The notes under the pieces were generated by a model that made no database searches, had not been told where the DNA came from, and worked only from the letters and a program-made list of their open reading frames with translations. The translations under genes were made by a program, and so were the position numbers. From sequence record SRR20825019_428: DNA of 58,146 nt; one strand, 5' to 3'. Shown one piece after another: positions 11,301-20,674 of the stretch (positions are counted from its first letter, which is position 1; each line of letters starts with the position of its first letter).

Positions 11301-11356
11301 CGGGCGGCGAAATTGCTGACGTCAACGCCAAGGAGAGCGGCACCACAGACTGTTGA
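8351..11356 (+). CDS. Hybrid sensor histidine kinase (GAF-PAS-GAF-HisKA-HATPase-degenerate REC-REC), cytoplasmic
   Basis: [12 protein letters not shown]...[15 protein letters not shown]; second [19 protein letters not shown]-box; [24 protein letters not shown]-terminal REC (VAEDN, LMDIQMP). Start at 8351 preferred; ORF is open from 8300. Confidence 0.93.
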   Translation: MTHQKKPYSELDRLAELGRLEILDTPPERAFDRVTALATKLLDAPISLVSLVDRDRQWFKAKCGIDAVETPRSWAFCDYAIRQDEIMVVEDARKDDRFKDNPLVTGDPFIRFYAGAPLKSPNGLPLGTLCIIDSKPRSLDVKECEVLRDLCDIAADAIWLRDLASRSEAASAEARRSSQVIAEMIEAVPDGFVKYGADRRIEYCNSAFSAFFPWEDGVVAPGALLDDILKYGVERGFYAGAGKRKEDQEAWIEERLYRHDKPGEPFLQETADGRWMRIVESRTADGGIVGIRSDVTSQRRHADVLRAMLAAVSTGSTSLQERVSRILEIGCEYLELPIGIVSKIEDGNYVVEYAVSPDGGISPGTAFRLDQTYCENVFSGFDPIGFSHVGGGELRTHPCYLATGLESYIGCPVIVSGRRYGTVNFSSPLPRESIQDSDLDLMRYITLLVGSELTRTEAANALELAKAQAEEASQQKSEFLATMSHEIRTPLNGLLGMVDLLLGSALSDEQARLAEIAKHSGSNLLLIINDILDFSRLEGEWLELDDAPLSLMEMIGAVIDNASATARDKNLELIAVMPPSIPDYRKGDAARLRQILFNLVGNAVKFTDKGGVAIELLEGATPDRVRFQVRDTGIGIAEHDRETLFDRFTQVDSSISRRFGGTGLGLAICKKLVTLMGGEIGVVSEESIGSTFYFEVPLMVLDGPSQQNKAPKLDGKVVQLTGWSDFSVPLLVRQLEGLGGRVVVDSRSAVGKPSADLEQSPDILMVDMDADDAPSSRQDGMPGNPEQNKPAMLYCTWQDFHVQSADQVLPASERTVLRKPVHPRALIDALEGAGSGPGEKQEDLGKPETAPVPGKVVSGTSLNVLVAEDNEINQILMTRVLTKLGHQVDLAGDGLEAIEAVQKKQYDVILMDIQMPRMDGLQATRILVEKHPDTRPPIVALTAHALKEHEEEFRGAGIDSYLTKPLDVEKLTEVLSNIRPTAKSGGEIADVNAKESGTTDC

Positions 11357-11680
11357 CCCGGTCAATCAACTCCACGGCGGCCCCACGGGACCTGACATGC
11401 TGTGTCATCTTTGTGTTATTTCCATGATAACTATCTAAAAAAATTGACAAAATGCTGCACACCCTCAACCTCATGACGGCTTGAGGAGAGCACTCGAACC
11501 GGGATTCTAAAGGATACATCCCCGTGTAATGGCTGCGGGTCTCCTGGCTCAAAAGCCGATTTGAGGCATCTGAAGGCATTCGGTTCTTGGGCCGAATTTG
11601 ATGGGGTGACTTGAGAGTGCCATGTTAACCATTACGAGACGAAATTCGGAACAGACAACGGCAGTTATGGTGCCGCGGAA

Positions 11681-12214
11681 ATGCACATGCGCAGGATTGC
11701 CTTCTTCATCATCATCGCCCTTTCCGCATGCAGCGCTAACCCGCCTGCAAAACACGGGACTGCACATGGGACTGTTCCTCCCTCGGCTTCGGCGCCCACG
11801 GCTCCTCCGCCAACGACTTCTCTCCCCGCGACTTCGGCCCCCCTTCCACTTCCCAGGCCAGCGCAACGACCTGCCTCGGCATCCGGTAAAACCGCATCAG
11901 ATGGGCAATCCGCGCCCTCTCGGGAAAATAACGATCAACCTGCACCGACAACAATCGACCCGGCCGCACTGGAAGGCGCGGATCTGGTCAGCATCGAGGC
12001 GATCATCGGGCCGGCCGACGATGTCCGCGTGCAAGCATCCGGTCTCGTCTGGGCCTATAATGATCCATCCTGCATCGTTGAATTTTATCTGTTTCCGGAA
12101 GTTTCCACCGCTGATTTCTCCGTCCTGGGGCACAAAATCCTGCCTACCGAATTATCAGAAAGCGAGAGGGCGGCATGCCTAGAGCGTCTGGCCTCGCGGA
12201 AACGGACGCCTTGA
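11681..12214 (+). CDS. Hypothetical lipoprotein with Pro/Ala/Thr-rich linker
   Basis: MRRIAFFIIIALSAC lipobox, P/A/S/T-rich linker, small C-terminal domain with two Cys; stop overlaps the next gene. Confidence 0.7.
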   Translation: MHMRRIAFFIIIALSACSANPPAKHGTAHGTVPPSASAPTAPPPTTSLPATSAPLPLPRPAQRPASASGKTASDGQSAPSRENNDQPAPTTIDPAALEGADLVSIEAIIGPADDVRVQASGLVWAYNDPSCIVEFYLFPEVSTADFSVLGHKILPTELSESERAACLERLASRKRTP

Positions 12215-12984
12215 CCCAGCCCCTCGATTTCGCACGCATTCTCGTTGTTGATGATGATCCGTTGCTGCTGGAGACATTGGCCATCAATCTTCAGGATAAC
12301 GGGCTTTCGGTCACGACCGTGGAGAGCGGAGAAAGCGCATTGCGCCTGCTGGATGAGGATGCGGGTTTCGACCTGGCGATACTGGACTGGAAAATGCCGG
12401 GCCTGTCCGGGCTCGATACGCTCAAGGAGATCAATGCGCGCGGCGTGGAGCTGCCCGCATTGTTCCTGACCAGTCTGACAGACCAAATCTTCGAGGAATC
12501 GGCTCTGGCTTCGGGAGCCATCGATTTCGTCGATAAATCCCGCAGCTTCTCGATCCTGATGCGCCGGATCGAGATCATTCTGCTCGGACTGAGACAGGGA
12601 AAAGCACGGAACGGTGCATCATCCGGCGAGAGTGCCGATCAGCAAGATGAAGAAACGGCTATCGGCGCCCTAGGCCTGGATCAGATCGCCGGGCGGGCTT
12701 TCTGGAACGGCCAGCGCGTGCCGCTGACTTTGACCGAGTACCACATCGTCGAACATCTCGCACAAAATGCCGGCCGGGATGTGAAATACCGGGAGATCTA
12801 CAACCTGGTACACGGAGAAGATTTCTATGTCGGCGCAAGCGAAGACGGCTATCGCGGTAATGTACGCAGCTTCGTGAAACGCATCCGGCAAAAATTCAAG
12901 GAACTGGATCCCGGCTTCGACCAGATCGAGAACTATCCCGGCTTCGGCTACCGTTGGCGAGAGACCGGCCGTGCCGCAGGATAA
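12211..12984 (+). CDS. OmpR-family response regulator, ChvI-like
   Basis: ILVVDDD, ILDWKMP, DFVDKS; winged helix ending VKRIRQKFKELDPGFDQIENYPGFGYRW, which resembles ChvI. TTG start at 12211 inferred from overlap with upstream stop (ORF track starts 12175). Confidence 0.88.
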   Translation: MTQPLDFARILVVDDDPLLLETLAINLQDNGLSVTTVESGESALRLLDEDAGFDLAILDWKMPGLSGLDTLKEINARGVELPALFLTSLTDQIFEESALASGAIDFVDKSRSFSILMRRIEIILLGLRQGKARNGASSGESADQQDEETAIGALGLDQIAGRAFWNGQRVPLTLTEYHIVEHLAQNAGRDVKYREIYNLVHGEDFYVGASEDGYRGNVRSFVKRIRQKFKELDPGFDQIENYPGFGYRWRETGRAAG

Positions 12985-14497
12985 GCAAGAGCGGCAAACC
13001 ACCGAGCCTGGTGTATTGCGTGCCCGCTTCGCACGCTCCATCGGCGCGAAGCTGGCATTCACTCTGGCGCTTTTTCTGATCGTTCCGGTCATCCTCTATT
13101 GGCGCTTCCAGAGTGCGGACGAAACCCACCGGGCTTTCGTGCTGGACAGCATCCGCCATCACGGCACGGCAATCGCACAGGCGCTTGCGAACGACCTCGG
13201 GGACGCGGAACCCGATATTTTCCCCAAAATTGCCCAGAAGCTGCAACTGTTCGAAAGCGATGGCGTGCGCCTGCGGTTGCTGTTCAACCCGGAAAGCGAG
13301 AGTGGAGGGGACTTCTTTTATGTTGCCTCAGCCCCCGCTGAACCACAGATCGATGGCGAACGGCAATATCTGAAGGAAAGCGGCCTGCTTGGCGATATCT
13401 GGTCTTCCTGTACCGGCGTCGCCGAAGTGAGCCGCGTTGCCGTGGCGCCGGATGCCTCGCACGAGGTCGTTGTCTCGGTGACGCCGATCAAGACCTCGCA
13501 GGGATGCTGGGTCCTGATGACATCGCTTGCCGCAGACGAACCTGCCGCCCTGTCCTTGATCGGCCCGTATTGGCAGCGCCCCGAGGTCATTGTGGCGGCC
13601 GTGATCTACTTGCTCATGGCCAGCGTCGTGATCGCCATCCTGATCGACATGCGCTCCGGCCTGCGCCGTTTTGAACGGCTGGCGCGGACCATCGCCGATG
13701 GATCCGACAAGAGGGCGTCCTTCGTCAGGATGAACCGCTTGCCGGAACTGGATGGAGTTGCGCGGCAATTCGACGAGATGGTCGGACGGCTTCAGAAGAT
13801 CGCGGCGGATGTCCGGGAAAGCGCAGAAGAACAGGTTCATGCCCTGAAAACACCGGTCGGCACCATCGCCCAATCGCTCGAGGCACTCCGTTCGGCGGTC
13901 CCCAGGGAAGACGAGCGAGCCCAGCGCATGCTCTCGATCATTGCCCAATCCCGCCAGCGCCTCAGCGCCCTGATCGCCGCCGGTCAACAATCGACGGAGA
14001 CAACCGCCAGGCTGGCCTCGCCCCCGCGGGAGATGATCCGGGTCGACACCTTGATCGAGGGACTCTGCGAGGATTTTCGCGGGCCGTGCGAGGCGCGGGG
14101 CATTCACCTTGAGCTGGTTGTGCGGCAGCCCGCCTATCTCCTCGGCAGTGAAGAGATTATTGAGACAATCCTCGAGAATATTGTCGAGAACGCCGTCGGT
14201 TTTTCTCCCGAAGGCGGGACGATCTTTGTCGAGCTAAGCCAGCACAAGGACAGCGTGACGATCTCCGTGCGTGACCAGGGTCCCGGCGCGTCCCTGGATA
14301 TCATCGATAGCCTGTTCGACAGGGGGATCACAAAGCGTCCGGCCAGCCACGCCGAAGACGGCAATGCTCATTTCGGGTTCGGGCTCTGGATCGTCAGGCG
14401 CAATGTGGCCGCACTGGGCGGGAGTATTTTCGCCCGCAACGTAAAGCCGGCCGGCCTTGAACTGGTGATCGAGATTCCCGGCTTCGTTCCCGCCTGA
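12971..14497 (+). CDS. Membrane sensor histidine kinase (2 TM, HAMP, HisKA, HATPase)
   Basis: Two TM segments flanking a periplasmic domain; H-box QVHALKTP; ENIVENAVGFSP, DQGPG, GFGLWIV; overlaps the regulator gene. Confidence 0.88.
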   Translation: MPQDKQERQTTEPGVLRARFARSIGAKLAFTLALFLIVPVILYWRFQSADETHRAFVLDSIRHHGTAIAQALANDLGDAEPDIFPKIAQKLQLFESDGVRLRLLFNPESESGGDFFYVASAPAEPQIDGERQYLKESGLLGDIWSSCTGVAEVSRVAVAPDASHEVVVSVTPIKTSQGCWVLMTSLAADEPAALSLIGPYWQRPEVIVAAVIYLLMASVVIAILIDMRSGLRRFERLARTIADGSDKRASFVRMNRLPELDGVARQFDEMVGRLQKIAADVRESAEEQVHALKTPVGTIAQSLEALRSAVPREDERAQRMLSIIAQSRQRLSALIAAGQQSTETTARLASPPREMIRVDTLIEGLCEDFRGPCEARGIHLELVVRQPAYLLGSEEIIETILENIVENAVGFSPEGGTIFVELSQHKDSVTISVRDQGPGASLDIIDSLFDRGITKRPASHAEDGNAHFGFGLWIVRRNVAALGGSIFARNVKPAGLELVIEIPGFVPA

Positions 14498-14618
14498 CTT
14501 CCGGCTGTAAACGAACTTTCCCGATCGTGAAGGGAATAGAGTGGCCGCTTTCCCTGTCTTTGTTCTGAACAAGGATATCGCGCACGGACGCGAGAGCTTC
14601 TTAAGCAGGACAGGGAAC

Positions 14619-16460
14619 ATGACGGACATTTCCATGAACCAGAACCGGAATGAGGCCTCGCCCCGGCGCGCACGCCTTCGCCCCGGGACGATCATGACGG
14701 GTATCGTCTTTCTCACCATCGTTGTCACGACGACCACGGCTCTGACGATGCTGTTCGAGGACCTTATGCCGTATCGTCCGAACGGGCCGTACGGGTTCTT
14801 CCGGCCAATGCTGATCGGCCTCTTCGCAGTGCTGACGGGCTGGATCTCCTGCAATTTCTGGCTGGCGACTTTCGGAGCGGTTTCCGTTGCCGTTCGCCGC
14901 AGGCGGCGGACCTCGCTCCCGGAACAGATGGTTGGAAACCGTCTCGCCATCCTTCTGCCTATCTATGAAGAGGATCCGCAGGCGGTCGAGGGGCATATTT
15001 CCAGCACGCTGCGTTCCCTTGCGGAACAGCCTCGTTTGCACGGCTGCCATCTCTTCATCCTGAGCGATACACGGTCGGACGAAGTCGCGCTGGAAGAGAA
15101 GCGGATGTTCGAAACGCTCTACCATGAATTTGCGGACCGGTTTTGCATCTCCTACCGCCGCCGCAAGAACAATATCGGCAGAAAGGCAGGCAACGTTCAG
15201 GACTTCGTGGAGCATTGGGGAGGGGCATACGATTACATGCTTGTCCTGGATGCCGACAGCCGCATGGATGGTGCAACGGTGGCACGTCTGGCGGACGAGC
15301 TGGACGCTGATCCGGGGCTTGGCCTGATCCAGACCTGGCCGCGGCCAGTGCGGGCGCAAACCCTGTTCGGCCGCCTGCAGCAGTTTGCGGCTTCCCTTTA
15401 CGGCCAGCAGGTCGCTGCCGGTTTTGCCCTGATCATGGGGAACGCGGCGACATATTGGGGGCATAACGCCATGATCCGGGTGCGGGCCTTCGCGGAATGT
15501 TGCGGGCTGCCGGCCTTGCCGGGCAATGCTCCCCTGGGGGGCGAGATCATGAGCCACGATTTCGTTGAAGCGGCCTTCCTGCGCAGGCGGGACTGGGCGG
15601 TCCGTATCCTTCCGGAGCGGCTTGGCAGCTACGAGGAGCCGCCACCAAGCCTGATCGCGCACGCCACCCGGGACCGGCGCTGGTGCCAGGGCAACCTGCA
15701 GCATCTTCAATTGCTCGTCGCCGACGGGATCGGCCTGAGCGGACGCCTGCATTTCCTGATGGGTTCGCTCGCCTATCTCACTTCGCCGATCTGGCTTGCA
15801 TTCCTGCTTCTGAGTGCGGGGCTGTTCGTTGCCGCCCAGTTGGGCAATCAGGGGATCGGTCCCTGGGGGTCAATCCCGTTACCCGCCGACATGGCTTTCT
15901 ACCGGAATCCGGCAATTCTGTTCGGCGCGATCCTTTGCATGCTGTTTGGCCCGAAAGTTTTTGGTCTGCTTCTGGCTTTGTCCGACGGCGAGTTGAGGAG
16001 GGGGCATGGTGGCGCCCTGCGACTGACCCTCAGCGCCCTTTTCGAGATGGCGCTCAGTGTCCTGACCGCGCCGGTCATGATGTTGCTGCACAGCCAGTTC
16101 GTTTTCGAGATTTTCGGCGGACGGGCTAGCGGATGGCGGACAGTTGACCGGGCCGGAAGCGGGGAGCCTTTCAGCAACGTCATCCGGGTGCATGCACTGC
16201 ATTTCGTGCTCGGCGCGGCGGTAACCTGCGTGATGGCGTTCTATACCCCGACGGCGATGCTCGCCGCGTCGCCGATCCTGGCGGGGCTGTTATTGTCGCT
16301 TCCGGTTTCGTATCTGGGGAGCAAACCCGCCTGGGGGCGTATCTCGCGGGCATTCGGGTTGTTTCTGATACCCGAGGAGGTTCGGCTGCCCGCCTTGCTG
16401 GTGGATCGCAGTGTGCCCCAGTCGCCGGACGCCGTCCCGGTTGCGAATACTGCAGGTTAG
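14619..16460 (+). CDS. opgH: Osmoregulated periplasmic glucan glucosyltransferase H
   Basis: LLPIYEEDP, ILSDT, RKAGN, VLDADSRM, YWGHNAMIR, SHDFVEAA, RDRRWCQGNLQH are OpgH/MdoH motifs; ATG 14619 follows AGGACAGGGAAC. Confidence 0.95.
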   Translation: MTDISMNQNRNEASPRRARLRPGTIMTGIVFLTIVVTTTTALTMLFEDLMPYRPNGPYGFFRPMLIGLFAVLTGWISCNFWLATFGAVSVAVRRRRRTSLPEQMVGNRLAILLPIYEEDPQAVEGHISSTLRSLAEQPRLHGCHLFILSDTRSDEVALEEKRMFETLYHEFADRFCISYRRRKNNIGRKAGNVQDFVEHWGGAYDYMLVLDADSRMDGATVARLADELDADPGLGLIQTWPRPVRAQTLFGRLQQFAASLYGQQVAAGFALIMGNAATYWGHNAMIRVRAFAECCGLPALPGNAPLGGEIMSHDFVEAAFLRRRDWAVRILPERLGSYEEPPPSLIAHATRDRRWCQGNLQHLQLLVADGIGLSGRLHFLMGSLAYLTSPIWLAFLLLSAGLFVAAQLGNQGIGPWGSIPLPADMAFYRNPAILFGAILCMLFGPKVFGLLLALSDGELRRGHGGALRLTLSALFEMALSVLTAPVMMLLHSQFVFEIFGGRASGWRTVDRAGSGEPFSNVIRVHALHFVLGAAVTCVMAFYTPTAMLAASPILAGLLLSLPVSYLGSKPAWGRISRAFGLFLIPEEVRLPALLVDRSVPQSPDAVPVANTAG

Positions 16461-16472
16461 GCGCAGATAGCC

Positions 16473-16518
16473 AAAAGAAAACGGCGCCGGTCAGATATGG
16501 CCGGCGCCGTTCGTCTTT
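16473..16518. terminator. Probable bidirectional intrinsic terminator
   Basis: AACGGCGCCGG (16480-16490) / CCGGCGCCGTT (16501-16511) stem with A-rich left and T-rich right flanks, between convergent ORFs. Confidence 0.7.
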
Positions 16519-16531
16519 AGCGAAAAATACT

Positions 16532-16723
16532 TCAGTGCAGAGAGCGTCTGATCCGGAGAAGAGCAAGCAAATGCACCGGGAATTCGACTGCCCGCTGCAA
16601 GAGCCCCCCCACGGTACGGACATGCTGTACCGGCATCACGAGGGGCGCGGGCGGCGGCAGTTCCGTCGGGATTGCGCGTTGTGCACCGCCGCGGTCTTCG
16701 GCTGTGTCCAACGGATTCGTCAT
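16532..16723 (-). CDS. Small (63 aa) OpgI-like protein
   Basis: MTNPLDTAEDRGGAQRAIPTELPPPAPLVMPVQHVRTVGG...; the LPPxAPLxMPVQ motif resembles, from recall, the Pro-rich motif of alphaproteobacterial OpgI / OpgH N-termini; sits between opgH and opgD and converges on a shared terminator. Confidence 0.55.
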   Translation of the reverse strand: MTNPLDTAEDRGGAQRAIPTELPPPAPLVMPVQHVRTVGGLLQRAVEFPVHLLALLRIRRSLH

Positions 16724-16805
16724 CTGCCGTTTTGGCTCGGGATGGGACGATGTCGGATAGCGCATGGGTTTCATTCCTTGGCGAAGAGTTGCTGTACTGC
16801 GGGCC

Positions 16806-16831
16806 GGAACCGACAGGTCCTTCCACGCGTT
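16806..16831 (+). promoter_or_regulatory. ECF (EcfG/RpoE2-type) promoter upstream of opgD
   Basis: GGAAC (16806-16810)-N17-CGTT (16828-16831), matching the alphaproteobacterial general-stress sigma consensus, about 120 nt upstream of the opgD ATG. Confidence 0.55.
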
Positions 16832-16948
16832 TCCTCTTCTAGACGGAATGCCGAACAACAAAATTCCCCGAGCGGTGAAATATTTTCGGGGAAAGTCCGG
16901 TCTTCCCGACGGAGCAAAATAATTAGATCAGCGTCTTACGGAGGCGAA

Positions 16949-18505
16949 ATGCGGATCAATAGAAGAGAAGTCATGGTGTTTGGAGCATCGTCCCTGGCGG
17001 CCCTGGGTATAGGTGCTCCGGCGATTGCCGAGGGTAAAGTGCCGGCCCATGGCGAGGTGCGGGGCTATGAAGATCTGCTGGTGCTGGCGCGGGCGCTGTC
17101 CACGGCTCCGTTCGAGCCGCCGCGCAAATTGCCGGAAAGGTTCGCTAAGCTGTCCCACGACGAATACATGGCCATGAGACTGGCCAAGGGCGGCAAGTTC
17201 TGGTCCGACACGGATCTGCCATTCCGTATCGCGCCGTTTCATGGCGGCTGGCTCTTCACCCGTGCGGTGGACTTGTTCGAGATCAAGCCGGACCGGACCG
17301 AGGCCATGGCCTTCGACCCGGCACGGTTCGATTATCCGGATGGTTCGCCAAGCCCCGAAGAGGCGGCACAGCTGGCCTATACCGGATTCCGTATCTTTGA
17401 CCGGTTTGATTTCGAACGGGACATGGCCGCTTTCCTTGGCGCCAGCTATTTCCGGGCGGTCGGCGGCGATATGCAATACGGCCTTTCCGCCCGGGGGCTG
17501 GCCATCGACACCAGCCGCTTCGGCGAAGAGGAGTTTCCCTATTTCACCGCCTTCTGGTTCGAGCGTCCCAAACCCGGAAATGCGGCCATGACTGTTCTCG
17601 CCTTGCTCGACAGCGGTAGCACGACAGGCGCCTATAAATTTACCATCGAGCCGGGAGGCAACACGATATTCGACGTTGCGGCCACGATTTACCCCCGGCG
17701 GGCACTTAACGGTATCGGCATCGCCCCGATCACTTCCATGTATCTCTATGGCGAAAACGATTACCGGTCGCGGGATGATTTTCGCCCGGAGGTGCATGAC
17801 TCGGACGGCCTGATGATGCGCACCGGTGCCGGCGAGTGGATCTGGCGACCGCTGCAGAACCCTTCCGTGCCGCGCGTGAACAGCTTTCAGGATACGCAAC
17901 CCAGCGGCTTCGGCCTGGTGCAGCGGGATCGCAATTTCGATCATTATCTGGATGATGGTGTTTATTACGATCGCCGCCCGAACCTCTGGATCGAGCCGAG
18001 CGGGGACTGGGGAAAAGGCCGGATCGAGCTGGTTGAACTCCCGGCGCATGACGAGACCGTCGACAATCTCGCGGCCTATTGGCGCCCGGAACAGGTTCCC
18101 GATCCCGATAACCCGATGAGCTTCTCCTACCGTATGCACTGGGGTTCGGTGATGCCTGACAGGCTCCCCGGACCGGGGCGGACGATCGCAACCCGGACCG
18201 GCCTTGGCGGCATACCCGGACAGGAGCGGAACGGAAAGATCCGGAAGTTCGTCATCGACTTCAAGGGCGGAGACCTGGACAGGCTTTCATCCGATAGCCC
18301 GGTCGAGCCCATGATCACCGCCGTCGGTGCGGAGATCATCAAACCGGCCGCCCGTCCCCTTGAGGAACTCGGTGCCTGGCGGATGGAATTCGATCTCGAT
18401 CCGATCGGTCAGGAAAGTGTCGATCTTCGTGCCTTCCTGCGCTCCCACGGTGGGGCTCTCACGGAAACCTGGTCTTACCAGTGGCGGGAAAACGACGACC
18501 TGTAG
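16949..18505 (+). CDS. opgD: Glucan biosynthesis protein D/G family, Tat-exported
   Basis: GGAGG RBS then MRINRREVMVFG twin-arginine signal; FLGASYFRAVG, YGLSARGLAIDT, EEFP, DFRPEVHDSDGL, ETWSYQW. The ORF-track start at 16535 is too far upstream. Confidence 0.9.
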   Translation: MRINRREVMVFGASSLAALGIGAPAIAEGKVPAHGEVRGYEDLLVLARALSTAPFEPPRKLPERFAKLSHDEYMAMRLAKGGKFWSDTDLPFRIAPFHGGWLFTRAVDLFEIKPDRTEAMAFDPARFDYPDGSPSPEEAAQLAYTGFRIFDRFDFERDMAAFLGASYFRAVGGDMQYGLSARGLAIDTSRFGEEEFPYFTAFWFERPKPGNAAMTVLALLDSGSTTGAYKFTIEPGGNTIFDVAATIYPRRALNGIGIAPITSMYLYGENDYRSRDDFRPEVHDSDGLMMRTGAGEWIWRPLQNPSVPRVNSFQDTQPSGFGLVQRDRNFDHYLDDGVYYDRRPNLWIEPSGDWGKGRIELVELPAHDETVDNLAAYWRPEQVPDPDNPMSFSYRMHWGSVMPDRLPGPGRTIATRTGLGGIPGQERNGKIRKFVIDFKGGDLDRLSSDSPVEPMITAVGAEIIKPAARPLEELGAWRMEFDLDPIGQESVDLRAFLRSHGGALTETWSYQWRENDDL

Positions 18506-18523
18506 TCTCAGATTTAAGAGAAT

Positions 18524-18597
18524 AGGGGCACTAAAAATACAAGCGTGGGAATAATCCCACTGCCAGTTGGTCTATTTGATCGGAGTGCCCCTTTTTT
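18524..18597. terminator. Structured intergenic element / terminator
   Basis: Outer stem AGGGGCACT (18524-18532) / AGTGCCCCT (18584-18592) followed by a T run; inner hairpin GTGGGA-ATAA-TCCCAC. Confidence 0.5.
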
Positions 18598-18619
18598 CTG
18601 GACCTTGACGTCCCGCTCC

Positions 18620-19258
18620 TTACTCGGGAGCCGCATCGTCGGCTCCCGCTTTTTTCTCTGGAGGGATATCGGCATCCTCAAGAAAATCGTCGCCGATCAA
18701 CCAGTTCAGGCCAAGAACTTCCCAATTATCGTATCCGGAAATGCCGACAACCGGCTCGTTCCGGTTCGCAAGCGATCCGTCCTGACGCCAATAGGCAGTG
18801 AAGGCGACCTTGGCGATCCCCCGTCTGCGCTCCTTGGCCACCAGCGACAGCTCTGGAACCGTCAGATCACCGGTGAGGGGGATGGGAATGCTGAAGGAGG
18901 GGACCCCGACCAGCGTGCGGTTGCCCGACGTCGACAGAGCACCGGAGCGGATCTCGACGATCACATCCGCCAACTCTCGCGTCAGCGCGATGTTCAGTCC
19001 GGCGACCAGGAAACGGTCCCGCATGACCCCAATGGCGTAATCCTCGTCATAGCCCTTGAAGCGGGAGGCATCGATATAGATGCGGGTTCCCGCCGGCAAA
19101 GAGATATCGAGTTGCCCGGCAGCCCGGTCCATGGCGGTTGAAAGCAGCAGTTGCTCGGTGGCGGTACGCTCGGGATTACTCCGGCGGGTTTCCGTACAAG
19201 CGGAGAGCGTCAGCAGAAGAAATCCGGCCGCGGCGAGTGAAATCAGCAGTCTGGACAT
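18620..19258 (-). CDS. Conserved hypothetical lipoprotein (DUF6655-like)
   Basis: MSRLLISLAAAGFLLLTLSAC lipobox; RTATEQLLLSTAMDRA and ADVIVEIRSGALS motifs recalled from this family. Confidence 0.7.
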   Translation of the reverse strand: MSRLLISLAAAGFLLLTLSACTETRRSNPERTATEQLLLSTAMDRAAGQLDISLPAGTRIYIDASRFKGYDEDYAIGVMRDRFLVAGLNIALTRELADVIVEIRSGALSTSGNRTLVGVPSFSIPIPLTGDLTVPELSLVAKERRRGIAKVAFTAYWRQDGSLANRNEPVVGISGYDNWEVLGLNWLIGDDFLEDADIPPEKKAGADDAAPE

Positions 19259-19488
19259 AAAAACTCGATTGGTATGCTGGCCGTTACACAAGGGCTCGGG
19301 AGTTACTCTGATAGACGGTGCGGAGAAAGGAAAATTCCATGCCGCAATAATCCGGAACCTCACCGCACCAAACTTGACACAGCTTTGCCTCAGGCAAGCC
19401 ATGACAGCACCACCACTTCCAATAAACCGGCGCGGCGAGCGCATCGATCCTGTTCGCAGCGGCTCGGTTTAAATTTGGGAGTACAGCC

Positions 19489-20031
19489 GTGACCGTCACC
19501 AAGATTGAAGTTCAGAATCACTTCGACTCTCTGCGCCGCACCGCCCGCATGCTCACCGCCAATCACGCCGATGCCGACGACATCGCCCAGGAAGCCGTCG
19601 TGCGGGCGATCACGTATGCGAAAGACGGCCGGCACGTCCAGAACTGGCGCGGCTACCTTACCCGGGTGGTGCGCAATGTTGCCGCGGATCACTATGCCAA
19701 GCGGGCAATGCAGGGCATCCCGGTCGAGCTGGACGATGCACATAGCGATCTCTCTGTTCTGCCGAACCAGTTTCATCACCATCGCGTGCATGAACTTGAA
19801 ACGGCCCTGACGAACCTTCCCGCGCCGCAAACCGAAATTATCCGGCTGATTGCGATTGACGGTCTTTCCTATAGCGACGCGGCCACCCGTCTCGGGGTGC
19901 CGGTCGGCACGGTGATGTCACGGCTTTATCGAGCACGGGAGAACCTGCGCCGCCGGCTTGAAGACGGCTGGCCTCTTGGCGAGGTCCAAAGCACGAAAAA
20001 AGCGCCGGCATCGGCACCCGCCATCGCCTGA
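19489..20031 (+). CDS. ECF-type RNA polymerase sigma-70 factor
   Basis: Region 2 DADDIAQEA...YLTRVVRN; region 4 LSYSDAATRLGVPVGTVMSRLYRAR; GGGAG RBS before GTG. Confidence 0.9.
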   Translation: MTVTKIEVQNHFDSLRRTARMLTANHADADDIAQEAVVRAITYAKDGRHVQNWRGYLTRVVRNVAADHYAKRAMQGIPVELDDAHSDLSVLPNQFHHHRVHELETALTNLPAPQTEIIRLIAIDGLSYSDAATRLGVPVGTVMSRLYRARENLRRRLEDGWPLGEVQSTKKAPASAPAIA

Positions 20032-20170
20032 TTCAGGCATTGATTTTCGGCGCTGCTGCGGCCGGCCGTGCCGCTGGCGCCTGAATACCCCGCGGGCAAC
20101 GGCCAAACCGGCCCCGGGTTTCATCTCCGGCCACGTTGACCGGAGCAACGCGTAACCATCGAAGGAGGAA

Positions 20171-20644
20171 ATGATGGTTCGAACAGTCAATGATCACATG
20201 AGTATCTACTCTCGATCCGCCATCCTGGCGGCCGCATTGGCAGTGATGCTGGGAATGGCTGCAACGAGGGCCGATGCGCAAACCGCAGCGCCGCCCGATA
20301 GCACGGGAGGCCCCACGAACCTTCTCCAGGATCCCCAGGCGTCTGAGCCAGTGATCCCCAGCCCCGAATTGCGGCAGGGACAGGAGCAGCAGCCTGCACT
20401 CCAGAAAAGCGATCTGAAGGGTGCCAAGGTCGTCTCGGTGGATGACAAGATTGCCGGCGAGGTGGACGACGTTGTCGATCAGCACGGCTCCAAGGTCGCC
20501 ATCGTCGAATTCGGCGGCATTCTGGGCTTCGGTAAAACCAAAGTCGCAATTCCCGTCACTGAACTGGCCCTGGTACGAGCCGGCGTTGCCGTTGTCCCGA
20601 TGACGGAAGAACAGGTCAAGAATTTGCCCGAGTACAAGGGCTAG
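20171..20644 (+). CDS. Secreted PRC-barrel domain protein
   Basis: AGGAGG RBS, signal peptide, LKGAKVVSVDDKIAGEVDDVV...VEFGGILGFGKTKVAIP. Confidence 0.88.
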   Translation: MMVRTVNDHMSIYSRSAILAAALAVMLGMAATRADAQTAAPPDSTGGPTNLLQDPQASEPVIPSPELRQGQEQQPALQKSDLKGAKVVSVDDKIAGEVDDVVDQHGSKVAIVEFGGILGFGKTKVAIPVTELALVRAGVAVVPMTEEQVKNLPEYKG

Positions 20645-20674
20645 ATACCCGCACCAATTTGTCCCGCCCACCTG

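Noticed and set aside
14601-15752. Long alternative-frame ORFs (also 16928-18139, 23794-24846, 27288-28364, 33688-34866, 43236-44531, 47289-48545)
   Set aside because: They overlap well-supported genes on the opposite strand and have no motifs; expected in GC-rich DNA
16535-16948. N-terminal 138 codons of the 656-aa ORF
   Set aside because: Cys/Arg-rich, not protein-like; the real opgD start is at 16949 with an RBS and Tat signal
19352-19380. GGAAC upstream of the ECF sigma gene (and near 11648) as an ECF promoter
   Set aside because: No CGTT-like -10 element at 16-17 nt spacing
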